Shown here: positions 9,047 through 17,201 of the stretch, one piece after another
Numbering within the stretch: the first letter of the stretch is position 1
Layout of the letters: every line of letters begins with the position of its first letter
Origin: Horticoccus luteus
GTDB taxonomy: Bacteria; Verrucomicrobiota; Verrucomicrobiia; Opitutales; Opitutaceae
Reading direction: 5' to 3'
Length of the DNA: 32,000 nt
NCBI RefSeq assembly: GCF_019464535.1
Contig: NZ_CP080507.1
Span: forward strand, 2,760,001-2,792,000
The notes under the pieces: generated by a model
Told to the model about the DNA's origin: nothing
The model's input: only the letters and a program-made list of their open reading frames with translations
Database searches by the model: none
Position numbers and translations under genes: made by a program

Positions 9047-9807
9047 GTGGATTCGTCGATGAAATCCATCTGGGCCGGATCGGCCCGCGACGCGAACAAC
9101 TTCCGCAAAAACAATTCCCGATGCTGCCGGCAGCGGCCCAGCCGCAGCAACGCCTCGCGGTGCTCCTCGGTCGCATAGCCCTTGTGCTGCGCGAAACCGT
9201 AGCCCGGATGCTCCACCTCCATGGCCCGCATCAACCGGTCGCGCGTCACCTTCGCGACGATCGACGCCATCGCCACGCACAGCGATCGCCCGTCCCCGTT
9301 CACCAAACCCTCGTGCGGATATGGAAACGCCCGCAACGCCAGCCCGTCGATGAGAATGCGGGCCGACACCGTCGGTTGAAACGCCGCGATCTCCTCCGCC
9401 GAGGCGAAGAGATCCGGCTCCGTCTTCTGCTGAAACGCGCTCGGCGGGTAAATTCCCTCCAACGCGCGACGCATCGCCAGCTTCGTCGCGCCCAGAATAT
9501 TGAACTGCTCGATCTCCCCCACATCAGCCACCCCGAAATGGGCGTGGATTTGTCCCTGGCTCACGAGCGTTTCGAACTCCAGCCACAACTCTTCGCGATC
9601 CTCGGCCGTGAGTTGCTTGGAGTCATTCACACGCCCCGCCTTCGTCAACGCCCAGCGGCATTCCAGAAACTCGCGATTCACCAACACCGCCGCGGCCACC
9701 ACCGGACCAGCCAGCGCTCCGCGGCCCGCTTCGTCCACGCCGATCAAACTCAACACGCCGTCGATGCGTTTGAGGTCAAACCCGCGCAATTGTCGCCGCT
9801 TCGGCAT
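9016..9807 (-). CDS. rnhB: Ribonuclease HII
   Basis: 263-aa ORF with an ATG at the complement of 9805..9807. RNase HII active-site motif LIGVDEAGRGALAGPVVAAAV; later DSKQLT and ASIVAKVTRD. There is a C-terminal extension relative to the roughly 200-aa enzymes I remember. Its last 31 nt overlap the downstream heparinase-like start. Confidence 0.9.
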   Translation of the reverse strand: MPKRRQLRGFDLKRIDGVLSLIGVDEAGRGALAGPVVAAAVLVNREFLECRWALTKAGRVNDSKQLTAEDREELWLEFETLVSQGQIHAHFGVADVGEIEQFNILGATKLAMRRALEGIYPPSAFQQKTEPDLFASAEEIAAFQPTVSARILIDGLALRAFPYPHEGLVNGDGRSLCVAMASIVAKVTRDRLMRAMEVEHPGYGFAQHKGYATEEHREALLRLGRCRQHRELFLRKLFASRADPAQMDFIDESTWPESSEPSV

Positions 9808-9824
9808 CGGTCACTCCGCCCCCT

Positions 9825-10832
9825 TCACCATTCCATTTTTTCCCGCGGCTCCGGCAGCGGCAGCTCGTCGAGCTTGCCCGCCGCCTTCACCACTTCGTAG
9901 GCCGTGCGAAAATGCAGCTTCGCGAAATCCCGCAGGGCCAGCACGCCGAATTTCGCCATGATCTCCGCCGCCTGCTCTTTCACCAGCGGGCCCGCGCCCT
10001 TCTGCAGCTTCGCCCCAAACTTCTTCGACAACGCGTGCATCTGGCGCACGAACTCCGCCCGCGCCACGACTGACGCCGCCGCCACCACCGGATCCTCTTC
10101 CGCCTTCGTCCGCATCCGCAGCTCGAAATCCTTCAGCCCCTTGCGCGTCAGCTCGCGCTGCACCAACGGCTGCTCCGTGAACTGGTCCAGCAGCCCCCAC
10201 GGCACCCGCTTCGCCTCCAGCGCCTGCATCAGCGCCGTGGCATGCTGCCACGCCAGCAGCGTGTTCAAATTCGCCCGCGGCCGCGCCATCAATTCGTTGT
10301 AACGCGGCATCCCGCTAAAACACGTGCGCACCACCACGCCGTCGGTCTCGCGGATGACTTTATCCAGCTCGATGATGCGCGTTTCGGTGATCTTCTTCGA
10401 GTCCTGCACGCCCGCCTTGCGCCACGCCTCGATCGCCGCGCGATCCGCAATCACCGTCGCCGCGATCACCGGCCCGAAGAAATCGCCCTTGCCGCTCTCA
10501 TCCAACCCCGCGTGCGGCTCAAACCAGTCCGGATGCAACACCTCGTCGTAGCCGAGTTTCGCCGCGCCCGTGATTTCCGGCTCCAGCACATCGCGCACAA
10601 AATCCTCCGTGCCCTTCCCCGCCACCACGGCCTTGCCGCTCGTGTATGCCGCCACGTTCACCTTCAGGTGGTCCGCTTTGAACGCGAACCGCGTATACGC
10701 CACCTCCACCGGTTTCCACCCGCGCGCCTCGAGCAGCGCCCCCAGTTTTTCCATCTGGGCGTCGTCGAGTTTGACCGTGTAACTACTGAGGACCTTGGGT
10801 TTATCCTCGGCCGGCTGGCTGCGCTTGAGCAT
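9825..10832 (-). CDS. rnhC: Ribonuclease HIII
   Basis: Track ORF 9825..10934. The likely start is the ATG at the complement of 10830..10832 (MLKRSQPAEDKPKVLSSYTVKL...). The N-terminal, roughly 80-aa TBP-like/DUF3378-type domain is YTVKLDDAQMEKLGALLEARGWKPVEVAYTRFAFK...YTSGKAVVAGKG. It is followed by the RNase HIII signature GLDESGKGDFFGPVIAATV, DSKKI, and AASVVARAEF. Confidence 0.85.
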   Translation of the reverse strand: MLKRSQPAEDKPKVLSSYTVKLDDAQMEKLGALLEARGWKPVEVAYTRFAFKADHLKVNVAAYTSGKAVVAGKGTEDFVRDVLEPEITGAAKLGYDEVLHPDWFEPHAGLDESGKGDFFGPVIAATVIADRAAIEAWRKAGVQDSKKITETRIIELDKVIRETDGVVVRTCFSGMPRYNELMARPRANLNTLLAWQHATALMQALEAKRVPWGLLDQFTEQPLVQRELTRKGLKDFELRMRTKAEEDPVVAAASVVARAEFVRQMHALSKKFGAKLQKGAGPLVKEQAAEIMAKFGVLALRDFAKLHFRTAYEVVKAAGKLDELPLPEPREKMEW

Positions 10833-10863
10833 AGGCGCACGAATAGTCACAAAAACTCCGCCG

Positions 10864-11988
10864 ATGACACGCAAAACTTCCGCCGCCGATGCACTCGCAG
10901 CCTCCGCCGCGGACTTCCAACACGCGTTGCTCACGTGGTTCGACGCCCACCAACGCCGCCTGCCGTGGCGCGACGCGCCGTCGCTCTACAAAACGGTCGT
11001 CAGCGAATTCATGCTCCAGCAAACGCAGGTGAAGACCGTCCTGCCCTACTTCGCCCGCTGGCTCGCCGCCTTGCCCGACTTCGCCGCCCTCGCCGCCGCG
11101 CCTGAACCGCAGGTCCTCAAACTCTGGGAAGGCCTCGGCTACTACTCGCGCGCCCGCAATCTCCACCGCCTCGCCCGCGCCGTCGTCGCGTTGCCCGCAC
11201 CCCCGCGCACGGCCGCCGCGTGGCAGACACTTCCCGGCGTCGGCCCTTACACCGCCGCCGCCATCACGAGCATCAGTTTCGCCGCGCCCGCCGCGTGCGT
11301 GGATGGCAACGTCGTGCGTATTCTCGCCCGCCTCACCGCCGATCCCACGCCCTATCGCGATTCCGCGACCGCCGCCAAAGCGTTTACGCCGCTCGCCACC
11401 GCGCTGCTCTCTCCCGTCCGCTCGGGCGACCACAATCAAGCGATGATGGAACTCGGCGCCACAGTCTGCTTTCGCGCCCATCCGCTCTGCACCGTCTGCC
11501 CCGTGTTTTCGTTTTGCGCCGCCCGGCGCTCCGGCGAACCGGAGCAATTTCCCCGCCTCGCCCCGAAAGTCATCGAGCGCCGCGCCGTCACGCGCGTCTG
11601 GTGCGAACGCGCCGGCGCGCTCCTGCTCCACCGCGCCGCCGCCACCGCCCGTCGCTTCGCCAACATCCATGAGCTGCCCACGGCCGCCCAGCTCGGCGTC
11701 GACGAAACCGTTCTTTCTTCGCACCCGCCACTCGCGCAACGCACCCGCGCCATTACCCGTTTCTCCATCACGGAAACCATTTGTGCAGCGCCCGCCGCGC
11801 AGCGTTATTCCGCGTCCGACGAACTCGTCTGGGTGCCTCTCGCGGAGCTCGAGACCGTCACGCTGTCCGGCCCCCATCGGCGCTGGATCGGCGAACTACT
11901 CGCCGCGCGCGCTAACGCATCTTCGCCAGCAAAGCATCGACCTTCGCCTTCGAGCGCAACACGTCGTCGGGCGTCAGCCGCGGGCTGA
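10864..11988 (+). CDS. mutY: A/G-specific adenine DNA glycosylase
   Basis: Track ORF 10795..11988. The likely start is the ATG at 10864 (MTRKTSAAD...). Motifs: LLTWFDAHQRRLPWR, YKTVVSEFMLQQTQVKTVLPYF, LWEGLGYYSRARNL, HhH-GPD LPGVGPYTAAAI, the Fe-S cluster loop CFRAHPLCTVCPVFSFC, and a NUDIX-like C-terminal domain. Its last 77 nt overlap the convergent gene. Confidence 0.9.
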   Translation: MTRKTSAADALAASAADFQHALLTWFDAHQRRLPWRDAPSLYKTVVSEFMLQQTQVKTVLPYFARWLAALPDFAALAAAPEPQVLKLWEGLGYYSRARNLHRLARAVVALPAPPRTAAAWQTLPGVGPYTAAAITSISFAAPAACVDGNVVRILARLTADPTPYRDSATAAKAFTPLATALLSPVRSGDHNQAMMELGATVCFRAHPLCTVCPVFSFCAARRSGEPEQFPRLAPKVIERRAVTRVWCERAGALLLHRAAATARRFANIHELPTAAQLGVDETVLSSHPPLAQRTRAITRFSITETICAAPAAQRYSASDELVWVPLAELETVTLSGPHRRWIGELLAARANASSPAKHRPSPSSATRRRASAAG

Positions 11989-12850
11989 ATTCCAGCACGA
12001 GCACGTGCTCCGGACGCCAGAAGCGGCTGATCATTTCAAAATCGATCGTGCCATCGCCGATCGGCTGATGATCGTGGCCTTCCGCATCGACGTCATGCAG
12101 GTGAAAACCCAGCAGCCGTGGCGCATAACGCGACAAATGCGCCGCGTGGTCGATCACGCCCATGCGCTGCTTGATTTGCGCATGACCCGTGTCGTGCCAG
12201 TAACCCGTCGGTGAACCCGCGGGCAACGCGTCGAGCAGGGTCAAAAACTCATCATCGAAGGGCAATTCCTCCAGCTTCTCGCGATTTTCGAATCCCAACC
12301 GCACGCCCTTGGCCTGCGCGTGCTCGAGCACCGCGGTCACACTCGCCTGCATGTTTTCCCAATACGCCGGCATCTGCTTGCGCAGCTTCGCCGTCGCCTT
12401 GGCGAGCGCCGCGCGGTAGCGCGGATCGTCCGGAATCGTCTGCTTCGGATGCCGGTCGCCGTAAGCCCGCAACGTTTCCGCCGGATTGAAAAAGAAAAAA
12501 CGCACGCTGCCCAGGTGGCACACCAGCACGCGCGCCTTCACCTGCGCCGCAAAATCGATCGAGCGCTTCGTCTGCCGCACCCACTGGTCCCGCTCCCGGT
12601 TGTCCTTCGACGAGGGCTCGTAGAGATTGGGCGCCGCCCGCGTGATCCCCGTCGGCAGCGGGCAAAAATTGTGGGTCGTCGAAATCCCGATAAATCCTTC
12701 GCTCAACGCTTTGAGCACGCCCGGAATCAGGGTAATGCGCACGCCGTGGCTCAATTCCACATGCGAAAACCCGAGATCGGCGATCTCGCGCATCATGGCA
12801 TATCCATCCGTGTGACGAGCCGAGTTCCAGCAACAGGAGAGACTCAGCAT
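11912..12850 (-). CDS. Sugar phosphate isomerase/epimerase (xylose isomerase-like TIM barrel family)
   Basis: Track ORF 11912..12883 (TTG start). In-frame ATGs lie at the complement of 12866..12868 and 12848..12850. I prefer MLSLSCCWNSARHTDGYAMMREIADLGFSHVELSHG. Family-typical features: HVELSH, VLVCHLG, GVRLGFEN, GYWHDTGHA, HLHD, DHQPIGDGTIDF. Confidence 0.8.
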   Translation of the reverse strand: MLSLSCCWNSARHTDGYAMMREIADLGFSHVELSHGVRITLIPGVLKALSEGFIGISTTHNFCPLPTGITRAAPNLYEPSSKDNRERDQWVRQTKRSIDFAAQVKARVLVCHLGSVRFFFFNPAETLRAYGDRHPKQTIPDDPRYRAALAKATAKLRKQMPAYWENMQASVTAVLEHAQAKGVRLGFENREKLEELPFDDEFLTLLDALPAGSPTGYWHDTGHAQIKQRMGVIDHAAHLSRYAPRLLGFHLHDVDAEGHDHQPIGDGTIDFEMISRFWRPEHVLVLEFSPRLTPDDVLRSKAKVDALLAKMR

Positions 12851-12906
12851 GGGCGTGGCGACCGGCATCGGGCGGATAAGCAACTCAAGTGCGCGACACT
12901 TGCACG

Positions 12907-12940
12907 AAAAAAAACCGTGCCCCGCTCCGGGACACGGTTT
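12907..12940 (-). terminator. Rho-independent terminator of rpsU
   Basis: On the minus strand, 25 nt after the rpsU stop: AAACCGUGUCCC-GGAGC-GGGGCACGG followed by U8. This is a 9-bp stem with one G-U pair and a 5-nt loop. On the plus strand it is the A8 run 12907..12914, then ccgtgcccc gctcc gggacacgg. Confidence 0.7.
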
Positions 12941-12964
12941 CAGAGATTGGTTTTGCTAATTCGC

Positions 12965-13162
12965 TCAGCCTTCGTGGCGGCGGCGCAGCATCTGCGTGAA
13001 GGCCATGACCTTCTCCTTGCGGCGGCGCTTTTCGCACGGCTTTTCGTAGTAACGCTTCGCGCGGGTTCCCTTGATGATATTCTCGCGTTCGAGCTTCTTT
13101 TTCATGCGGCGCAGCGCACGGTCAACGGGCTCGTTTTTGCGGATCTTGATCTCAATAGACAT
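12965..13162 (-). CDS. rpsU: 30S ribosomal protein S21
   Basis: Within track ORF 12965..13240, starting at the internal ATG (complement 13160..13162): MSIEIKIRKNEPVDRALRRMKKKLERENIIKGTRAKRYYEKPCEKRRRKEK... This is the classic bS21 sequence pattern, 65 aa. Confidence 0.9.
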   Translation of the reverse strand: MSIEIKIRKNEPVDRALRRMKKKLERENIIKGTRAKRYYEKPCEKRRRKEKVMAFTQMLRRRHEG

Positions 13163-13522
13163 GTGAACGTTTGATAGGTCGGACGTCGAAAAACGGTGAC
13201 TACGCCAGCCACCGCGCCGCCCGTCAATGTCCTTTTTCACCGCTTTTCGCTCACCCGGCGGTTGGGCGCAACTCGTTGCCCTTTCAATCCCGCCGACCCG
13301 GTAAATTCCCTATGCTGCAGGGCGGCTTCGTTCCGGTTGTTGAGCTCGGCACTTTGCCTTACCCTTCAGGCTCTTGCTTCTCGGTGCATGGCAGTTTTCC
13401 CGGTTCGCCTCTGTGGGCGCTTGGTTGGGGCGCGGTGTGATTTCCATCACCCCGGCGTTTTCCAGCCTTGCCGGTGCGTGCCTCCAGTCTGCGGGTCAAA
13501 CATTCCGCGACAGCCCATCCAC

Positions 13523-14122
13523 ATGGCTCCGTTGATTCGCGCGCTCAGCGCCTTTCGCCCGGGCGCCTTGCTCGGCGTCGCTCTGCTCCTGCCGGCACTG
13601 CTTCGCGTCGCCGCGCCCTTCGCCCGTGCGGACGACAGCGCCATTTCGCGCGAAAACGCCCTGAAGGCCGCCGCTCTCTACAACCTCATTCCCTTCATCG
13701 ACTGGCCCTCCGCCGGCTTCCCATCCCCCGACAGCCCGGTCATCATCGGGGTCCTCGGCCGCGATCCGTTTGGCCGGCTTCTCGACGGGCTGGTCGAGAA
13801 CGAGCGCTACCATGGCCATCCTATCCGCGTTGTGCGTTTCTCCACCGCCGAGTCGGTCGGTCTCTGCCACGTGCTTTTTATCGCCCGCGCGGCCGGCCCA
13901 CAAAATTGGCCCCGTGCCACAATTGATTTTGAACATCGTCCTATTCTCACCGTCAGCGATGTTGACGACTTTGCCTCCCATGGCGGCTCCATCCAATTCT
14001 TCATCGCACGTAACCACCTGCGGATGATCATCAACCTCATGGCCGTGCGCTCCGCCGGTCTCAGCGTCAGCTCCAAGCTGTTGCGTCTCGCTGAGGTTAT
14101 CCCCGAGAACGCGTCCCGATGA
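13523..14122 (+). CDS. YfiR family (DUF4154) periplasmic protein
   Basis: Track ORF 13196..14122. The plausible start is the ATG at 13523, giving the signal peptide MAPLIRALSAFRPGALLGVALLLPALLRVAAPFARA. DUF4154 hallmarks: LKAAALYNLIPFIDWP, VIIGVLGRDPFG, HVLFIA, ILTVSD, GGSIQFFI, NLMAVRSAGLSVSSKLLRLA. The stop codon overlaps the downstream start (ATGA at 14119..14122). Confidence 0.85.
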   Translation: MAPLIRALSAFRPGALLGVALLLPALLRVAAPFARADDSAISRENALKAAALYNLIPFIDWPSAGFPSPDSPVIIGVLGRDPFGRLLDGLVENERYHGHPIRVVRFSTAESVGLCHVLFIARAAGPQNWPRATIDFEHRPILTVSDVDDFASHGGSIQFFIARNHLRMIINLMAVRSAGLSVSSKLLRLAEVIPENASR

Positions 14123-15951
14123 TTGTGCCTTTTTCCAATCTTCCCATCCGCTGGAAGCTCACCTTGGTGATCGTCGGCACCAGCGTCCTCGCCCTCGTCC
14201 TCACCTGCGGAATCTTCGTTACTTACGAATGGGTCACCTACCGCCGCGAAGCGCTCGGCAACCTCACCACCATCGGCCGTCTCATCGCCGACAACAGCAC
14301 CGCCGCCCTCGGCTTCGATAATCCCGGCGAAGCCACGGAATTGCTGGCCACTCTGCGGGCCGAACAAGCCGTCACCGTCGCCGCGCTCTACGACACCCAA
14401 GGCCGCCTTTTCGCCACTTACGCCCCTCACGACACGCCCCCCACCCAGCTCGACCCCATTCCCGTCGGCAACTTCGAGTTTCGCGACGGCTACCTGCACA
14501 TCTATCAAGCCGTGGTTCAAAACAACCACCGCCTCGGCACCCTCTTCATCTCCTCGAATCTCGAACACGTTCGCCAACGCTTCCTGCTCTACGCCGCCCT
14601 GGCCACCCTCGTTCTCGTCGGCTGCGGCGTCGTCGCCGGCGGTCTCGCCAATTTCCTTCAACTCGGCATCACCCGCCCCATTTACGAGCTCGCGCAAACC
14701 GCCCGCCTCGTCTCCGCCCAACGCCAGTATTCCGCCCGCGCGCGCATCCACGGCACCGACGAACTCGGCGAATTGACCGAGACGTTCAACGACATGCTCG
14801 CGCAAATCGAAGAGCGGGACCAACGCCTCCTCACGAGCGAAGAACGCCTCCACACCGCCCTCTCCGCCGCCGACATGGGCACCTGGCGCCTTGATCCCCG
14901 CACCGAGGACGAGACCCGCGACGCCAACCTCAACCGCCTTCTCGGCCGCGAGCCCCGCACCTCCCACAGCAAATGGGAGGAACGCCTCCTCTACGTGCAC
15001 CCCGAAGATCGCCCCGTCTTCCGCGCCGCCCTTCATCGCACGCTCGCCGACGGCAGCCCGTTTTTCGCCGAATATCGCATCGTGCGCAACGAAGGCGCCG
15101 TGCGCTGGATGCGCGATCGCGGCAAAGCCGTTCGCCTGCCCCAAGGCGATATCGACTACCTCACCGGCGCCGCCGTCGACATCACCGACCGCAAGGAGGC
15201 CGAAGAAGAAGTGCGCCGCCTCAACTCCGATCTGGAACAACGCGTCACCCGTCGCACCGCCGAACTCGCGCAGACAAACAAGGAGCTCGAAGCGTTTATC
15301 TACTCCGTTTCCCACGATCTGCGCGCCCCGCTCCGGCACGTCACCAATTACTCGCAAATTCTCCAGGCCGATCACGGCGCCGTCCTCCCCGAAGAGGTGC
15401 GTTACTACCTCGGACGCATCGGCAAAGCCTCGTCCAAGATGAACCAGCTCATCGACGATCTGCTCAACCTCAGCCGCGTCAGCCGCCAGCCCCTCGTCCT
15501 GCAGCGCACTGATCTCAACCAGCTCGTCGACGACGCGTTGATCGACCTCGAACCCGAGCTCCAAAACCGCCGCATCGAGTGGCAGCGCGCCTCGCTCCCC
15601 ATCGCCCGTTGCGATCCCGGCCTCATTCGCCTCGTCTTTACCAACCTCCTCTCCAACGCGCTAAAATACTCCCGCCCGCGGGAAGTCGCCCACATCGCGA
15701 TCGGCACCACGCCCATCGAAAACGGCCTCGCTATTTTTGTGCGCGACGACGGCGTCGGCTTCGACGCCCGCTACCAGCACAAGCTCTTCGGCGTGTTCCA
15801 ACGCCTGCACGGATCCGCCTTCGAAGGCACCGGCGTCGGCCTTGCCACCGTCGAACGCATCATGCGCAACCACGGCGGCCGCATCTGGGCCGAGAGCCAG
15901 CTCGATCACGGCGCCACGTTTTATTTCACGCTGCCCGGACTCGCCGCCTAG
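14119..15951 (+). CDS. Membrane sensor histidine kinase: CHASE8-like periplasmic domain, HAMP, PAS, HisKA, HATPase_c
   Basis: 610-aa ORF. TM1: WKLTLVIVGTSVLALVLTCGIFV. CHASE8-type sequence: IADNSTAALGFDNPGEATELLATLRAEQAVTVAALYDTQGRLFATY. TM2: LLYAALATLVLVGCGVVAGGL. HAMP: ITRPIYELAQTARLV...LGELTETFNDML. PAS: LHTALSAADMGTWRLDP...EYRIVRNEGAVRWMRDRG. H-box: FIYSVSHDLRAPLRHV. ATPase boxes: NLLSNALKY, DDGVGF, GTGVGLA. Confidence 0.9.
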   Translation: MIVPFSNLPIRWKLTLVIVGTSVLALVLTCGIFVTYEWVTYRREALGNLTTIGRLIADNSTAALGFDNPGEATELLATLRAEQAVTVAALYDTQGRLFATYAPHDTPPTQLDPIPVGNFEFRDGYLHIYQAVVQNNHRLGTLFISSNLEHVRQRFLLYAALATLVLVGCGVVAGGLANFLQLGITRPIYELAQTARLVSAQRQYSARARIHGTDELGELTETFNDMLAQIEERDQRLLTSEERLHTALSAADMGTWRLDPRTEDETRDANLNRLLGREPRTSHSKWEERLLYVHPEDRPVFRAALHRTLADGSPFFAEYRIVRNEGAVRWMRDRGKAVRLPQGDIDYLTGAAVDITDRKEAEEEVRRLNSDLEQRVTRRTAELAQTNKELEAFIYSVSHDLRAPLRHVTNYSQILQADHGAVLPEEVRYYLGRIGKASSKMNQLIDDLLNLSRVSRQPLVLQRTDLNQLVDDALIDLEPELQNRRIEWQRASLPIARCDPGLIRLVFTNLLSNALKYSRPREVAHIAIGTTPIENGLAIFVRDDGVGFDARYQHKLFGVFQRLHGSAFEGTGVGLATVERIMRNHGGRIWAESQLDHGATFYFTLPGLAA

Positions 15952-16004
15952 CACGCGCCGCGCCCGCCGCCTCCGCCAATCACCCGCGGTCCGGCGCTGC
16001 GCCT

Positions 16005-17111
16005 TCAGCGCACCTGCAACGTATCCGCTTCGAACGTCAGCCCGAGCGACGGCACTTCCACCGCCTTGCGCCCGCCCTGCTTGCGCACCGTCCCGGCCCG
16101 CCACGCGTCGTAGCCGGTCGCCTGCGCCGCCGCGAGCACCGCGTCGACGTCCGCCGGCTTCACGAGCGCCGCAAAGCCCACGCCTTGGTTGAACGTCGCA
16201 TACATCTCGCGCCGCTCGATCGGCCCCGCGCTCTCCAGAAACTTGAACAACGCCAGCGGCTCCCGCGGCGACGTGATCTCGTAAACAAATGGCTCCTCCA
16301 GCCGCATCAACTTCCGCCAGCCGTGCCCCGTGACGTGCGCCACGTAGTTAAGCGGCAGCCCCCGTCGCTGGCACTCGCGCACAAACGCCACGTAAATCAC
16401 CGACGGCGCCAGCAACGCCTGCCCGTAAGTGCGCCCGTCGCCGTGCCCGATCGGTGTCTGATAACCCGCCGGCAAACGCTCCGCAATCGCCCGGCACAGC
16501 GTCAGCCCGTTCGTCTGCACGCCCGAGCTCGCGAGAAAAATAATGGCATCACCCTCCCGCACTTCCCCCGTGATGCGCAACGCCTTCGGCTCGATCATTC
16601 CCACCGCCGAACCCGCCAGCACGATGCCGTCCGGCTCCACGATTCCCCGCAGCGTCGGCGTCTCGCCCCCGCCCCACACCGCACCCGCCATCCGGCAGCC
16701 TTCCGCCCAACCCGCGACCAACGCATTCATCCGTTTCGCATCGGCAAACCACCCCGAATCGCCCACCGCTGCGTGCATCGCCACCGAGATCGGCCGCGCT
16801 CCGCACGTGATCAAGTCGTTCACGATCGTCGCCACCGTATCGATCGCGATCTCGCGATAAAAACACTCGCCCGTCTCCGCATACACCGCGTCCGCCACCA
16901 GATTCTTCGTGCCCAATCCTTCCTCGACATGCGCCAGAAAATGATCCGCCGCCTCCATCAAATACGCGCTCTCCCCGCGCGTCGTCGCGGGCTCGCTGTA
17001 GCCATGATCGCCCAACAGCGGCGCCGTCGTGCGCGCCGCCTGCTGACAAGCCCGCTTGAACGCGTCGAGCTGGTCGTAGCGGACACCGGAGGATTCGTAG
17101 GAAAGTGACAT
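16005..17111 (-). CDS. purM: Phosphoribosylformylglycinamidine cyclo-ligase (AIR synthase), long PurM-type
   Basis: 368-aa ORF with an ATG at the complement of 17109..17111. PurM/AIR-synthase-family features: EGLGTKNLVA, DTVATIVNDLITCGARP, WGGGETP, GDAIIFLASSGVQTNGLTL, HVTGHGW, and NQGVGFAALV near the C-terminus. It sits immediately downstream of purF and opposite purL. Confidence 0.85.
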   Translation of the reverse strand: MSLSYESSGVRYDQLDAFKRACQQAARTTAPLLGDHGYSEPATTRGESAYLMEAADHFLAHVEEGLGTKNLVADAVYAETGECFYREIAIDTVATIVNDLITCGARPISVAMHAAVGDSGWFADAKRMNALVAGWAEGCRMAGAVWGGGETPTLRGIVEPDGIVLAGSAVGMIEPKALRITGEVREGDAIIFLASSGVQTNGLTLCRAIAERLPAGYQTPIGHGDGRTYGQALLAPSVIYVAFVRECQRRGLPLNYVAHVTGHGWRKLMRLEEPFVYEITSPREPLALFKFLESAGPIERREMYATFNQGVGFAALVKPADVDAVLAAAQATGYDAWRAGTVRKQGGRKAVEVPSLGLTFEADTLQVR

Positions 17112-17201
17112 CAGTGCAGTGACCAGTGATTAATGATGATGTGAATTAAAGCCCCGTCGGCCGGCGCGCTCAATCTCGGCCGGCCTCTCGGCGGCGGCGC
17201 C

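Noticed and set aside
9047-9280. 78-codon N-terminal extension of the heparinase-like ORF in the track.
   Set aside because: The extension (MRGDGVDRREGDARPVDAGHGGG...) lies inside rnhB in another frame. The internal ATG at 9046 gives a textbook signal peptide.
13807-15564. 585-aa minus-strand ORF antisense to the YfiR and CHASE8 kinase genes. Similar cases: 5669..7441(+), 2960..4075(+), 4112..5476(+), 15579..17108(+), 17247..19169(+), 10801..11877(-), 10242..11105(+).
   Set aside because: All overlap genes with clear family motifs on the other strand or frame. All have Arg/Pro/His/Gly-dominated compositions typical of off-frame translation of GC-rich DNA.
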